The notes beneath the pieces were generated by a model. The model was not told the DNA's origin. It ran no database searches and saw only the letters and a program-made list of their open reading frames with translations. From Asterias rubens (lineage: Eukaryota): 64,000 nucleotides of DNA. Shown here piece by piece: positions 12,762-26,997 of the stretch. The first letter of the stretch is position 1; every line of letters begins with the position of its first letter. Made by a program: the position numbers and the translations under genes. The DNA is taken from NCBI RefSeq assembly GCF_902459465.1, contig NC_047068.1:12338001-12402000 (forward strand), written 5' to 3'.

Positions 12762-12829
12762 TTAAAGCGATGATGTTGATGATGAAGATAAAAGAGGAGG
12801 AGGAGGAGGCAAGAGGAGGAGCAGAGGAG

Positions 12830-13615
12830 GAGATTGTTGCGGTTGAGCAAAGACAAATAAAACCAGGCAATCACTTGGCCAGAGACTGCAGGTTGTGAAG
12901 GGATTAATTTGATAAGTATCTATAAGATGATGATGATGATGATGATGATGAGCGGAGGATGGGGTGGGGAGGAGATTGATAATGGTCTTGTTGTGGCTGA
13001 AAGATTAAAAGGCACAATCACTAGGCCAGTGACAGAAGGTTTTGGAGGATCCAAGCAAATACAACTTTCTTAAAGAGAGTTAAAAACAAGAGATAGATGA
13101 TGAAAGTGATAATGATGAGACGACAGAAGGGAAGATGGTGGGTGGAGGAAGGGGGGTAGTTGCCTCGTTGTGGCTGAGAGATTTAAGACTCAATCACTAG
13201 GCGAGAGACTAAAGGTTGTGAAGGATCCAAGCAAATCAACTATCATAAAGAGAGATTAAAACCATAGATATGTAGATAAAAGATGATGAAAGTGATAATG
13301 ATGAGGAGACAGAGGGGAAGATGGGTGGGTAGAGGAATGGGGATAGTTGCCTTGTTCAGGTTGAAAGATTTAAGACTCAATCACTAGGCCAGAGACAGAA
13401 GATTGTGAAGGATCCAAGCAAATCAACGTTCATAAAGAGAGATTAAAACCATAGATATGTAGATAAAAGATGATGAAAGTGATAATGATGAGGAGACAGA
13501 GGGGAAGATGCAGCAGGAAGGAAATTGCCTCGTTGTGGTTGAGAGAAGAAAAGAAACAGCAAGGTTCATGTAATAGTCAGGCTAGAGACACAAGGTTGTG
13601 AAAGAGTCGTGTAAA
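12830..13615. repeat. Purine-rich tandem repeat, ~175-190-bp unit, 3-4 copies, with a (GAT)n tract
   Basis: Recurrent aatcactagg..ggatccaagcaaat..gatgatgaaagtgataatgatgag..gggaagatg; anchors near 13017, 13192 and 13380. Confidence 0.85.
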
Positions 13616-14135
13616 TTACATATATTTCTTTAAAGTGATGATATGGAAATTTATACATTGTTATCCTATTTATTGTTTGTTAATTGTAAAGTATTGTAAC
13701 AGTTGAGGATGAAATCAATATTAACTGTTCCAAATCTCTTATCCACATTTTCTTAATACTTAACATATTTCTCACAATGTTCCCAACTTTCAAAAACAAA
13801 AATCAAATGAACTTTCTTTTAATTATCCAGAAATCTTGTCAAAAAAAATCCAACAATATTATTTTTCCGTTTCTTAAAGTGAACTTCCACTTCCTTAAAA
13901 AATTACAGAAAGAAATACATTTGATTTGACTGTCCCTGACTGTACATGGCTCTTTATTCTTTATCTTAGAGACACTTGTCCATAAACGGAGGTCAATCAC
14001 ATGCAACTGAAGCCGAGAGAGAGAGTACACTGGCCTGGCGACAGCAACACGATCAATAATGGAGGAGTAAAAATAGTCCTCATTTAAATGATACACGTAC
14101 ATGCAGCACAAACACTTAAAGGGACACGATGATCT

Positions 14136-14370
14136 CTGTATAAGCCTTTTTGAGATATTGCGGACACAATGTTACAACACTGTAAAATTGTGGTAAATTT
14201 GGGCGTATTGACCATAAAATAGAACGTATGTTATTCAGTGAAGTGCGCATTTTAGGCGACGCTGCGTTTACACGTAAACCTAATGACCACCAACATGGTG
14301 AGCGTGGCATCAGTCGCGGCGTGTGACGCGCGCGTATCACGTCCACCATACCTCAAAAAGGCTTATGGAG
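14136..14370. mobile_element. Degenerate TIR element (MITE-like)
   Basis: ctgtataagcctttttgagatattgcggac pairs imperfectly with gtccaccatacctcaaaaaggcttatggag; CpG-rich interior. Confidence 0.55.
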
Positions 14371-15504
14371 AAGCCTGTATTGAGGGCAAGAGGCCATCTT
14401 GTTTTTTTGGTATGTTCAAAATTATAATAAATGTAAGTTTTGTATTTTGTATTTTGTACTTTGTATTCTTCTTTACAGAATTCTGGAAAGGACCGAGTAT
14501 TCAGTGCTTTTAAAAACACATCGGTGTTCAGAAAACAAACAAAACCCCAAACAAATAATATTCGTTATCCATAATGACAAACCAACATCTAATAAACTGT
14601 TGCATATTGCAGTACTCGCTGCTAAGATATAGGATAAGAACTGCCTCTAGCTACCTGGCAATCTTGGTGCTCTAGTGGTGAGGCATCTGTTCTAGCAATT
14701 CAAAGGTTGTGGGTTTGAATCCCACCCCTGTGATTTACCTGTGGATTTTTTTAAGCAACTCAATAGAAGATGTGACCTTTGTTTACATTCAAATCGCCCT
14801 CTGTTGACAAAACACTGTATACGTCATGTTTCGCCGAATCATGTTATGGTTTTCGTGTGACGTCAGAGGTCACATCGTCTATAAGGTATTTAGTATACAG
14901 TGCTTAATGCACATCAGTGCAAAAACCAAGTGTATGAACTCATCAACGGGAGGGCATCCCTTCACCCAAAATACATGTAGTATTCTGAATCCCTGATTCT
15001 GAATAAACATCTATTAAATCGTTGCAAAACCCGCTGCCAAAATATGGGATTCGAACTGCCTCTAGATAGCCAATGGGCAAATCACAGTGGTCTGGTTGGT
15101 AAGACAGCTGCTCTAACATGGCAAAGGTCCTGGGTTCTAATCACATCGGAGTGCAGTAGTGCCTAATACACATCAGTTCAAGTGCAAAAAAAACCCAAAT
15201 GTATTTGCCACATCAGTGTAAGTGCAAAAAATGAATTCAGGTAAACGGGCACTTACGTTGTAGGTTCTTTGCTTTTCCATATAATACTGTTGGAACATAC
15301 ATGTATATGGGTTAATTTGACACATACATGGGTACTGAATCTTTCACTAATGGGAAACACTTGGAGTCATTAGAGAGCATCCTATACTTGTCCATTGTTT
15401 TTTTGTTGCTGAGAATAATGTAATAAGGACATGTAAATGGGGCGATGCCTGTTATTGTGTCAAAAGTCATTAATTAGGGCTCCAAATACAGTATTTGACC
15501 TTAA

Positions 15505-15829
15505 AGGCAGTGGACACTTTCTTGGGGACGAGTAATGGGGAGAGGTTGATGGTATAAAACATTGTGAGAAACGGCTCCCTCTGAAGTGCCATAGTTTTCA
15601 AGAAAGAAGTAATTTTCGAGACCTCAGATTTAGAACTTGAGGTCTCGAAATCAACCATCTTAACGCACACAACTTCGTGTGACTAGGGTGTTTTTTCTTT
15701 CATTATTATCTCGCAAGTTCGATGACCGATTGAGCTCATATTTTCACAGGTTTGTTATTTTATGCATATGTTGAGATACATCAACTGCGAGGGCTAGTCT
15801 TTGACAATTACCGACAGTGTCCACTGCTT
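15505..15829. mobile_element. TTAA-flanked MITE, family A, internally deleted
   Basis: TTAA|aggcagtggacac ... gtgtccactgctt|TTAA; shared internal gagacctcagatttagaacttgaggtctc hairpin. Confidence 0.85.
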
Positions 15830-18479
15830 TTAACCTAAATAAATTCTCGGTTTTAAAATGTGATGTTTAAACGTAATTTTGAGATGTGAACAAAGAAAAA
15901 TTGACTAGAGCGGGACTTGAAATTTTGCACTCAACTATTTCTCAAGTTAATATTTAAAGAAAACATAGCTCCATGGATGTGTTTCTTATTTGTGCCTCAT
16001 TATCTTTTGAGACATTCTAGGCCAAATACAGACAGGCACAATTCTACATTTTGGTCAATTAAGTAATTTTACTTTCTGTATGATCACAGTTACCACATGA
16101 ATGAATACAGCAATTACAGACTTGATAAGACAAACCATGTACATTGAAAGAGCCGAACAAGTTTCTTCGCATCAAAAGTTGATCAAAAATCGTACTGTGT
16201 TATTTTCTTTAACTGAGCGGTGTAAAACATTTCCTACAAAAAGTGCTGGCTGTTTGACTCAGATTTTGTCGACACGTGATGACACAGGTCTGGTCTGTAA
16301 TGGTGTGTAATAAAATAGACCAAATACATGTACCTCTCTGGGCTTAATTGATTGTGCACCACCTAAATTATTGCGGCATCCCCAATAAACGTGTACGTAA
16401 CGTTCGTTCGTACGTACGTTAATGTCATCGGCAGAAGTTAAGTGCAGATTATTGATTTGTTTTTCTTTCTGTCTGTGGTGTGACACATGTCCAACGTAAA
16501 AATTTTCTCTGCTAATTTGACCCGACAGTACCAAAATATTTGTACAGTAGTCGTGTGTTAGTTTGTTTTTGCGCCGTAGTGTGAAACTGACTGGCAGCGA
16601 ATTAAGTGCTTGAATGACAATCATCGCTCCGCAAGATTGTCTTGTGAAAAAAAGAAAATACAAAAACATTTAAGAACTGGTGTCAACACATGTCTATGAG
16701 CTGTCTCACAGAATGCTCAACTATGACAAACAAAATAACAAATTTTGTTTTGGAGCAAGTCCAATAATCAAATTCTACTTCTACATGTACGAGATTAATA
16801 CACTGTAGATGAGGAGGGTTAGTGTTATTGCACTTTACTATTGCCCCTCCACCCCCTGTAAAAGTGTATGAAAACAATATTTGTTTTTTCCCCCACACAA
16901 TTCAACAAGCCCTGTACATGAATATTACAAGCAAGGATTTAAGAAATATATCAAGAGCAGACACGTGTTAAACAGATTTAATGCCGTAATTTCCATCATT
17001 GAAGATGTAGCTTTCGAAAGGTAAAAATAATATAAAAAAAAACACTGCACAGCATATCTATCAGTGCAAAAAGCAATATGAAGCTCGACTTTTATAGTAA
17101 AAAAAAAAATCAGAAATGAAAGCATACTGCAGGCATTAACATAAAAATGTGACTAGCGACAGGTGAAACCTACGATGAAAATTATGGAGAAATTATAGTT
17201 TCCCATGCATAATTTTAGCAAGGTCTGAAGGTTGCAAAATTTTACAAAATACACCTCATGTGAAAGGATGACAACCTTGTGTACTGACCAAGGCCCCTTG
17301 GTAAATCCTGCTTTTGTTTAAATTGTTTAAGTGGTTCGAACTGAGGACAAAATCTTTCGCTAGCGAAAATTTCGACCAGGGTCATTTCCAAAATCATCAT
17401 GGGAAGGGAACCTTCAAGGGGGGAGGAAAACCCCAAATACATGTAGGGGAAAAACCCAAGCAATCCATCCATATTACAAAGCTCCATCTTAGGTTGGATT
17501 CGAACCATAGTCTACAAAAGGTGAATTCGGCATGGCAAGGTACTCACTAAGGTAACATGATCAATGCAACACAATTTGTTTTTATTTTATGATTTCCGAT
17601 TCAACAAGTATGAAAGGAACTTTAATATGACTATCATGGTGTTTTTAATTACAGATTAATTCTCCACTTCCCTGCTCATGTTTTGCACACCAGACTGTGT
17701 GTAACCACCACATCCCACTGCTTTCCACAGTTAAGAAACCACCGATTTCCTGACATTAGGCAAAGTGATTACGTGTTTTATTTTTTTGGGTGTAATAATG
17801 GTACATCAGAGATGAGTTTAACAGATTGGTTAACTTTTGGTATAATCTGATAACAAGCCAATGGGATATGAGTGTTCAATAAAAATTAATAATAGTGCAG
17901 TTGGTGTTAAAAGTTTGATCACAACACTATAAAACCAGTGTTGTTGACTTAAGTCACTATAAACTGGGCAAGCATCAGGAGACTCAAGTCGCATATTATT
18001 TAGTTGACTTGCCACTTGATTTTGACTTGGGAAAATGACTTGTGACTTAACTTGACTTGCGCAAAATTGATAATACGAGAGTTTAGAATTGATAAATTTG
18101 ATTTGAAATATTTCCACATCTGTAATATTTCGACCGAAACTCTGGTCTTCATCAGCAGGTTTACCAAAGTACGCTAATACTAAAGGCTTCTTATAAAGCA
18201 CTCAAATCTGTCACCCAGTGACGCTCATGGCTCTGTAACATTACTCTGGGCTCGATTTCACAAAGCACTCAGATTCATCTTTAAAAGGATGAGTTGTCAG
18301 TATTGCCATGGTAGTTTGCATTGCCACATCACTCTTTGCTTAGCAATTAAGATTGATACACAGTTGAGATCAATCTTGGCTCTTTGAGAAATTGGCCTGG
18401 GTCACTTGGCCATTTATTTAATTCCTTTAACCATCTCAGCTCCCTTGAGAGACGTTGTGTACAGCCTGTGCTGCCATGG

Positions 18480-18685
18480 TGGGCACCAAGCTAAATCAAT
18501 CACAAAACCTGTCTCTACCCTCACAGGAACCCATTTACCCCCCCCCCCCCCCCCCCCCCCCCCCGAGTGAAGAGAAACAATTATAGTTATTAAATGTCTT
18601 GCTTAAGGACACAAGTGTCATGACCAGGATTTGAACCCTCCCTGATGACTTAAACACACAAAAGAACTAGAGTCTGATGCTGGGC
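18480..18685 (-). mobile_element. tRNA-derived SINE remnant, reverse orientation, interrupted by a poly-C run
   Basis: The minus strand has gggttcaaatcc (B box) followed by gacacttgtgtccttaagcaagacatt and a ..gggtaaatggg central-domain-like motif. Related heads at 19878-19970 and 59110. Confidence 0.6.
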
Positions 18686-20232
18686 CAAGACACGCCACAA
18701 CTATTACAATGTACTAATAGGAATGGGCGAGTTATAACCAGAATTTTGTACATTCAATTTGACACCCAAATATAAAAGCGAGCAAACAGCAGCCCTCGGT
18801 GACCTTGCTCTATGTTTGCAAGGGGTCATACCTTTCCCCTAAGCTTCTTGGTTTTTTTTGTAATGTTTTTTTATTTATTTAACAAACCGCAAAACTCTCC
18901 CACCGACCCACTTTCCAGAAAACTGTACTCTTAATACAAACATTGCGCTTCCTTTGAAGGACACTGGAGTCAAGATCTGTCCAAAACATTTGTTGCTTAA
19001 GTTTCCTGTTGTAGATTCATGTCTCCTCAAGCCACCCGCTCCCCCACACATAAACACATGCACGCAAATATTCTCAAAAAATGCATATAAACAAGCTTGC
19101 ATGCTAAGATTCTCAAAAATCTTCAAAAGGATTCTTTTGTTCCTACACTGAAAAGTTCCCCACATACTTTATACACAAATTTCCTTGTACTGTTTTTGTA
19201 GAGCACCTCAGTCATTAGAATCAGTCCTTTTCTTTTCACCCCCCCCCCCCCCCCAGTCTCCATTATGTACTGAAAATTAGCACAGGTATGTATACATGTA
19301 CTTCAACATTGTGAATAACACTTTGTGGACGTGTGTATTAAAGTCCACAAAGTGTGTCAAGTCTCTGCATTATGTGCACTTCTTTTGTTCTTAGGTCCAC
19401 ACTTTGAATGTTTAAAACACGTGTGTAAACAATTACGGACCCTCTTTTGTTCAACTCTTTGTGATAGCAACTGTGGACCACAATGCTTTCCTTTGTGATG
19501 GCAACAATGGAACTATTGTCCCTTGTGTTACAGGTACATGGTTTTAATCTGGATACCTACCCCACACACACCCATCCTCCACCCACTTATCCTTGCTGAT
19601 AAAAACCACAGACTAAAAAAAAAACACCTCGAAAACTAAAAATAGAAATCAGGAGGGTGGTTCTTTCCTTTCTACATGCTTGTAACAATGGATTTCAAGC
19701 ATTTATAATAAATAACAAGATAATTAACTGCCTTTATTGTGATGTCTACTATCGGTAAACCTGATTGGAAACACCTTTTAGGTCTACAAAGACAGTTTAA
19801 CCATTATAAATAACTCTTTCCTTTTATTTAGTTCTTGACGTGACGTCTTTGTACAGAGAGAAGACATCGAAACATTCTAACACTGGACTTAAGTTCAAGT
19901 GTTTTTCAGTATCTGGGTTCGAATCCAAAACCTGGCTTGTCACACCTTGGTGTCTACATGGACAAGACCAGGCGTAGAATTTTATTTTTGAGAGGGTAAG
20001 GCCATGTTCATTCGGCAAAGAGCCCTTCCTTTGGACAACTTGAAGTCAATGGGAAACTTTTGCAGGGGCACCAAGGACAAGACCAGGGGCAAGAGAGACC
20101 ATGGCCTTCATAGCCTCTGTGCAATACCAGACCTGCAAACTTCTAGAAGTTGCAAATATTTTGTTTAATTTTCAACAGTTTTCAACATCCTGATATCAAC
20201 TTCACCCCCAAAAATGTGTGTGTTTTAGTTAA

Positions 20233-20608
20233 AGGCAGTGGACACTGTTGGTAATTACTCAAAAATAATTATTAGCATAAAACCTAAACTTGGTAACGAG
20301 TAGTGGGTAGAGGTTAATAGTATAAAACATACTCTGAGAAACAGCTCCCTCTGAAGTAACGTAGTTTTTGAGAAAGAAGTATATTTCCACGAATATGATT
20401 ATGGGACCTCAGATTTAGAATTTGAAGTCTCAAAATCAAGCATCTGAAAGCACATAACTTCGTGTGACAAGGGTGTTTTTTCTTTCATTATTATCTCGCA
20501 ACTTTGACAACCAATTGAGCTCAAATTTTTACAGGTTTGTTATTTTATGCATATGTTGAGATACACCAAGTGAGAAGACTGGTCTTTGACAATTAGTCTC
20601 CAGTCTCT
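20233..20608. mobile_element. TTAA-flanked MITE, family A
   Basis: TTAA|aggcagtggacac start, family A body, degenerate right TIR and TTAA at 20609. Confidence 0.8.
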
Positions 20609-22239
20609 TTAAGGGACTCATAATTGTGACCTGCTCTGGCCCCTTCAAATGTGAATTTTAGATGGGGCAACAGAGGCCTCTGTGTTATGAACTATGTTTT
20701 GTCAAAAAAACAGTAGGTTCTAGGCATTCTCTTCTATGAGGAGAAACTAAAACACACCCAAAAACAAAGGTCAGAAAAACAGGGCACTTGTTGTGGAAAG
20801 AGGGTGATTTTTAATGGGTGTCTCAGCAGGGTTTGGCAGCCAAGAGCACCACCCATTGTCTTCTGACCCCAGTCAACAAGTTGCTTATTATAATGAATGG
20901 GAAGTCCCACTTACAACAGAATACCAACCATTCTAATAAGTCTCAACTGTGTTGAAAAATAAAACACATACAAAAATCCTTTTTAAAAGTTCGGAACGAA
21001 TCTGACAAATAGGCTTGGATAATTGTTACTTTCTCTTGTTATTGTATGTGTTTTAATCATGTTCTTGACGTGTTTTTGTCTAAATAAATTAAAACCAAAT
21101 CAAATCAAATCTATCCCGGTGAGCGCTAAATAGCTCCTTGTGTATACTATTTGGTTTTACCCAAACACATTTCAAAATTCACATGCAATTTTTGAACTTG
21201 GGTAAGCCAAGTATGTGACCAACCAACAGAAATAGGGCAATTGTATTAAACTATTGGGTCCTAAACTTATTTGTCACTTTTATGAAACCTACCTGCAGTC
21301 TACTGTGTCCCAAAAAATTCACATGCTGTACACGTCCCAGGATTTGCAAATTTGTACAACGTGAATCATGTACAACGTGAATGTGTGTACATTAAAGTAG
21401 GTCTTTGATACACTTTATTTCTTCCATTGATTTTGAGGAAATCTTGCTGGGAAAGGAAGTGGAAACTATTGTTGTTCCTGGAGGTTAATACCACACTGTA
21501 GTCAGAGATAGTGTAAGTATAGGGATAACTGTTTTAAGGAATATCAGATAACTGTGTTGGAAACAGTTTTAGCTTTTTTTGTTTCAAATATGTACAAACT
21601 TAAAGATTAATTCTGGTGGTTAGTTTAAGGGAAGAGTAAAACAATATTTCTTTGAAACATGTGTAAAATATATTATCTGGTACAAGGGCTTACCTACATG
21701 TACACATCGTGTTGACTTTAATACACTTTTCAGGCTATTTGATAACTGTTTCACAATTTTCGGGGTTTTTTTTCAAGGGCACAAAATCAGAAATCAGACG
21801 AATATTATGCCTGATCTGGTCATTTTAGTCCTGCAAGAGGCATCAACAACACAAATAAGAGAAGGGTTTGGCACTAGTTAAATCATCTGTTTCTTAAAAA
21901 CAATTTAAAAATAAATCTTTTCAAAAAGGTATTTGAGTAAATGGTTTTTGTTTTGTTTTTTAAACCGCGATGTTTTCTAAGACATTGCACTTGTACTGTA
22001 TTTCTATGCCACATCTTCTAGATTTCTTCTCGGCTTAGGCTTACATTTTATTTTTGGTTATTGTAGATATTTATGTTAATGTTTGTATTTAGCACTTTGT
22101 TGGATTTGTGCGCTTTGTAAGTTTTTATTATTATTTATTGTTTCTGACAGTGTTGCGAAACAAACTACCCACTACAAAACTAACATCTATTCAAACAGCC
22201 TTACTGAATTTATTAATTGGGCAAATGAATTGGACATCA

Positions 22240-22460
22240 GGGGCCAATTTCATGGAGCTGCTTAAGCAAAACATTTGCTTAAGCACGAAAATAGCTCGCT
22301 TATTTTTCACATGTTACTGGCCAAAATTTCATGGCATATACATTGCTTGTGACTGGTATTTAGCTGTTGTTTACTTAGCATAACAACTGATTTTATTTAG
22401 CCAGGATGTTTTTGCTTAAGCAAACCTTTGTGCTTAAGCAGCTCTATGAAATTGGGCCCA
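22240..22460. mobile_element. TIR element, family G (related copies or fragments at 10467-10724, 4475-4570, 4825-4915, 34945-35100, 54848, 55966)
   Basis: TIR gggccaatttcatggagctgcttaagca / tgcttaagcagctctatgaaattgggccc. Confidence 0.75.
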
Positions 22461-23611
22461 GATTGGAAAAGGCAAAGTGTATCATGGGCATGTATTCATC
22501 TGTAAAAATGTGTCTTAAGAAATTGCACAGTAGTCAGAATGTCTCCGACGTCAAGTTTCTTGACCATTTCTGGAACTATGGTATTTCAAACATTCCCCAT
22601 CCCAGCCTAACGAGTAATTATTCCAGGGCATATCTCTGCAAATATGTCAACCATTCAGAAAAGATATTCAAAAATATTTGGGGGAAAAAAAACTATTGGA
22701 GGGGCTAAAAAAAAAAGGAAAACAAACCTAATATATGCCTGCACGTCTCATGTGAACATTGACGCATGTGAACATTGATGCACATGGTCATGTACATTTT
22801 TTGTTGTTGCCTTTTTGAAATCAGGGCTTTGGCTTTCAGGCTTTGTCAGTTCTTTTGAGAACATGTATGTTTTGGTACAGAGCTTCAAACCAGCTAGGAG
22901 AGCCTATGCCTGAGCCCAAGCTCAAGCCATAGTTTTGAAAAGGCCTACATCGGTACAAATTTATGTGAAAAAGTGTATTGTTTAAATTATTTGAACTAAT
23001 TCTTTACAGAGCAATGTACATTCAGGCTGGTACTCTAACAATTTCATTTTATTGTAAATATTTTTCATTTTATTTTTAATTTATTATTATATTTGTTTTC
23101 AATTCCAAGAACCCCAAAAGATGTATCAATTTATTTGATAAATAATTGGTCTTTTATCTCTTTAGTTTATGAACATATTGTCCTGTGAAAACAAATGTTC
23201 CATTCAACGCTAGCTGTAGCGTTCAAGCAAATATTTTACCCTCAAGAATTGTCACATTTTTTAGAGGAGCTGACTGCCACAAACAGAAAACTTTAAACAT
23301 CTAGTTGAGCAAGATAAGAACCACCCGTTAAATTACAGAAAAAAACACAGACCAGAAGGCGGCTCTGTAAACTGGAATAATTTTGAAAAAAAAAAAAAAA
23401 AACTTCCTTCTCTCAATTGGGTTCTTGGCTGGTTTAGTAATTAAGTTTGCTCAGTTCTGAGAGTCCTTGGCTTTACGACCAGAAACAAAAATGAAATGAA
23501 ATGACACCCTAAAAAAGCATGTCAGACTATTTAGCTCTCACAGTCTCACTATGGTAACACTGATTCCAATCAGAAAAAAACAAAATGATTTTTGGGGTTG
23601 AACAAAAAAAT

Positions 23612-23682
23612 TACCAGAGTGGGATTCGAATCAACAGCCTCCGAATTAATATGCCGGCGCTCTACCAACTGTGCTATCTAGC
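23612..23682 (-). pseudogene. Degenerate tRNA-like sequence followed by an oligo-T tract
   Basis: The minus strand reads ggctagatagcacagttggtagagcgccggcatattaattcggaggctgttgattcgaatcccactct, then tttttttt. A and B boxes are recognisable but the stems are mismatched. Confidence 0.55.
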
Positions 23683-23887
23683 CTCTATGTTGGCGGTCTC
23701 CCTATTTCGTCAATATCTTTTTTCGAGGGTGCCAGTCAGAAGCCATACAAATGTTAACTGCTGTGTAGCCAGGGATCAAACCCAAATTACAATACAACCT
23801 GGGAAGCGGCAGCCAGGGGATCACCTTAAGGGGATGCGACTTACAATTTAAAAAACAAAATGGCTACAGCATCTCCTAAATATCTAC

Positions 23888-24108
23888 CTTTTACTCTCAT
23901 CCTCCAGTAAGTTTTCCTCCGAATCTTGAAGTGCATCATTCTCTCCCCTTACTGACCTCTCCTCCTCCTCCTCCTCCTCCTCCTCCCCCACCTCCTCACT
24001 AATCTTCCTCACGCCGTTATTCCCATTGCCGAAGATTTCTAATTCAACGTCCTGGAATGAAACTCGGTTCACTTTCTTTTGCTCCATGACCTTGGCCGAA
24101 ATTGACAT
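23888..24108 (-). CDS. RHBDF1: Candidate proximal alternative first coding exon of iRhom (MSISAKVMEQKKVNRVSFQDVE..EEEEEEEEE..ESK-S)
   Basis: ATG at 24108 with in-frame upstream stops and no usable in-frame acceptor. The 221 nt end in phase 2 at AG|gtagat. Encodes a poly-Glu tract and an RVSF motif. Confidence 0.65.
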
Positions 24109-26997
24109 GATTTTGGAAGTGGGTGGTGTTTATTTTACACTCCTGTGTCAGTTACCCTCTCAACTGAACATCCTGTTTCTCTATATAAAAAAACTTGAGA
24201 ATCTGTCCGAACCACTCTGGCTTAACTTACTCACTTAGTAGATGAGTAACCGCTCAAAGGGAGTTGTTGACACCCATGGGTTCAAGAATTTGAGACCTAC
24301 AGAATACCTAAATCGGGAGAAGTGGGCCCTAAACAGGGTAAACATTTAGAAATATATATCCCGATGTATACCACAACCTGGCATCCACTTTGTGAGTACT
24401 TCATTTAGAATGGGTTTGTTTTCTTCCAGCGAGTGACGCTTCAAATTGTTTGGCTGAGAAAAGAGTTATATTTCCACCATAATGGGTTGCATTCTTCCAC
24501 TGAAATGACACTTGGATAATTTTGTACTCTGTAATTGTCCGAGGCGATATGACAGCACAAGTTGTTTCTTTTCATCAACTCCCAGCGAGATGACAGCCAG
24601 AGTTCTTCCTTCTTTTCGTAAGTGACCTTTTCGCTAGGTCTTGTTTAAGTACTCCCCGCCGAATGCACTATCATGAACTATAAATGATTGGCGAGTAACA
24701 TTGTTGTGTGTTCACACCCAGCGCTAGAAGTGTAACTTGTGTACAAAACAATCAATGTGTCATAATAGTACAATGTGATGACAGCTCCAATATAATCCAA
24801 AACAACTCTCCGGGAGAACATGTGAGTTTCATTTACAGTTTACAACTGTACATTGTACCTTAATATTGGTACCACCAACATACATGACAATCCACACACT
24901 AGGTTGACTGATGCGCCCAATGTGGTCCCCAACTCAGCAGGAACAACCATGATTCATGCGAATGTTTTTTTTATATTCCAAAATGATCACCTCCAATTGT
25001 TTCCAATCTTCTGGGAACGAGAGTCGGCTTTTTGTCATTCTTGCAGGGGAAGGACAGACAAAGTTGCACAGCTCCACAGTAGTGACATTTGTAACACCAT
25101 TGTCACCTTGTGCCTGTGTTGAAAACATACATGAACTTCCACACCCCTGTACTATCCGGTTCAATGCTACACACAAAGTCTCCACTTCCACTGTCCGGTG
25201 ACAAAACAATATGCCCCTAATAATCCACAGTCTCCGTCATTTCCACCTTCCACCTTGGCTTGACAGCATAAGTTGTCTGTCTCACAAAGAACATGTGTCC
25301 TTTATTCTAACGCCAATCACATCTTGTCCCAATAATAAACTCCAAGAAAGTCGTCTTGGACAAGGACTGGGTAGGCAGCAACACCAACGTGGCTCCACTC
25401 AAAACACAACTTTTATTTGGCAACTGGTCGTTTGTAGTGTGCAATAGAATGCATCAATTCTAATCATCCGGTGTATGTAATGACAACCTGAGTTGTTCTA
25501 CTGGGGGGGGGGGGGGAACATGTGACCTTTTGGAGAGTACCACCACCAGTCAGTAGCTGTTCCTGGTGCCCTTGCAAACCATCTGCTGGGGTCATATACC
25601 ACACTCCGCTCTCTCTAGCTCTCGATCTCCACTACTCCTGTCACATGAGAAGATCGAGCACCCTCTGACGAAATCAAAACAACTGCTGGGTCTCGCCCAG
25701 GGACAAATTGGTGTGAGTGAACATAACTGGCTTGTCGTAAAGCTCTAATTGTTTTTGCATGGGTATATATTTTTGTTTGTTAATGGATGTAACTGCTTCG
25801 GCCTCTGGGGAAAATTAATCACGGGGATGAAACAATTTATTTTATCTGAAGATGAAAGACATCCACATATCTTTTTTATTTTTTACCCCATCTTGGATAA
25901 AGTGAATATACAGACATCCTGATTTAATCTCCCCCCTAGAAATGAAATTGTAAAACATTGGAGTAAGTCCTTGCTCTATGAGTAAACCGAGCAATGCAGG
26001 CAATTTGTGCAACAAGGGCGTTTTTTCTTTCATTAATCTGTTGCAACTTTGATGACCAATTGAGTCTAAATTTTCACAGATTTGTTTTTGTATGTATGTT
26101 GGGATACACCAAGTGAGAAAACTGGTCTTTGGGTGTCCAGCGCCTTTAAATCATTTTTTTTTCAATGGCACTTGACGAATAGCACAATCCCAGACTTTTT
26201 GTGTGTAACGATTGTCAATGGACACATTTGGGGAAAATGTTTTAGCTACAGTTAGCTGTTTCCATGGATATGATCAAAAAGTTGTCACACTTCTCAAAAT
26301 CCTGGTGAAACTTGTAAAACTGAAAGTAGTTTTTGATTTTCAAACCTAAAGGTCTCAATTTGGTACAGCCATTTTGTTTTACCTTCAATGAAATCAAAGC
26401 AGCCAAACCGAAGCTGGAACAGCATGCCTGGAATTTTAAAATTTGAGAGGGCAAGGCCAATGAAAAGGGCACTTCCATTGGAAAATCTTAAAGTCTGTAA
26501 GAAACTTTTGAAGGGGCAACAAGGCCAAAACCAGGACAATTGAGGCCAGGCCTGGAACAGTATATTGAACAGTTTTGCACATGGGACAAGAATACTTATA
26601 CAAAAGTTGATGCAGCACTGGTGCTCAGGGATTACACATGAACAGTAAGTTTTCAGATTTAAAAGTTTGTGATTATTACCTAGTATGCATCTTTAATTTG
26701 AGCCATTTGGGCTGACACCCCAAGGTGATGAGTTTACAAAGCGTACCAGCTGACATAAGCACAGATGAACAATGACACAGTCAAGCTGTCAGACATAAGT
26801 TAGGAACTTAACAATTACAACAGACCTGGCATGCCTGGATGGTCAATTTCATATAAAGCTTACTAGAAGAACATGGTGCTTAGCAATGTTTTCTGCTCGG
26901 TAAAAATTTGCAGGGGAACCAGTTGCAAACAATATGTTTTATATTATATTTTGGCGAGGCCTTTGAAAAAATTACAAAAGGTGTCCAGTGCCTTTAA

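Noticed and set aside
19878-19930. tRNA-Leu-like gene
   Set aside because: The 5' half and acceptor stem are missing, and it continues into SINE body sequence; it is a SINE head, not a tRNA gene.
24850-25750. GC-richer segment with several overlapping 60-90-aa ORFs, possibly a decayed LINE endonuclease
   Set aside because: No diagnostic motif could be read with confidence and all frames are interrupted; it needs an HMM search.
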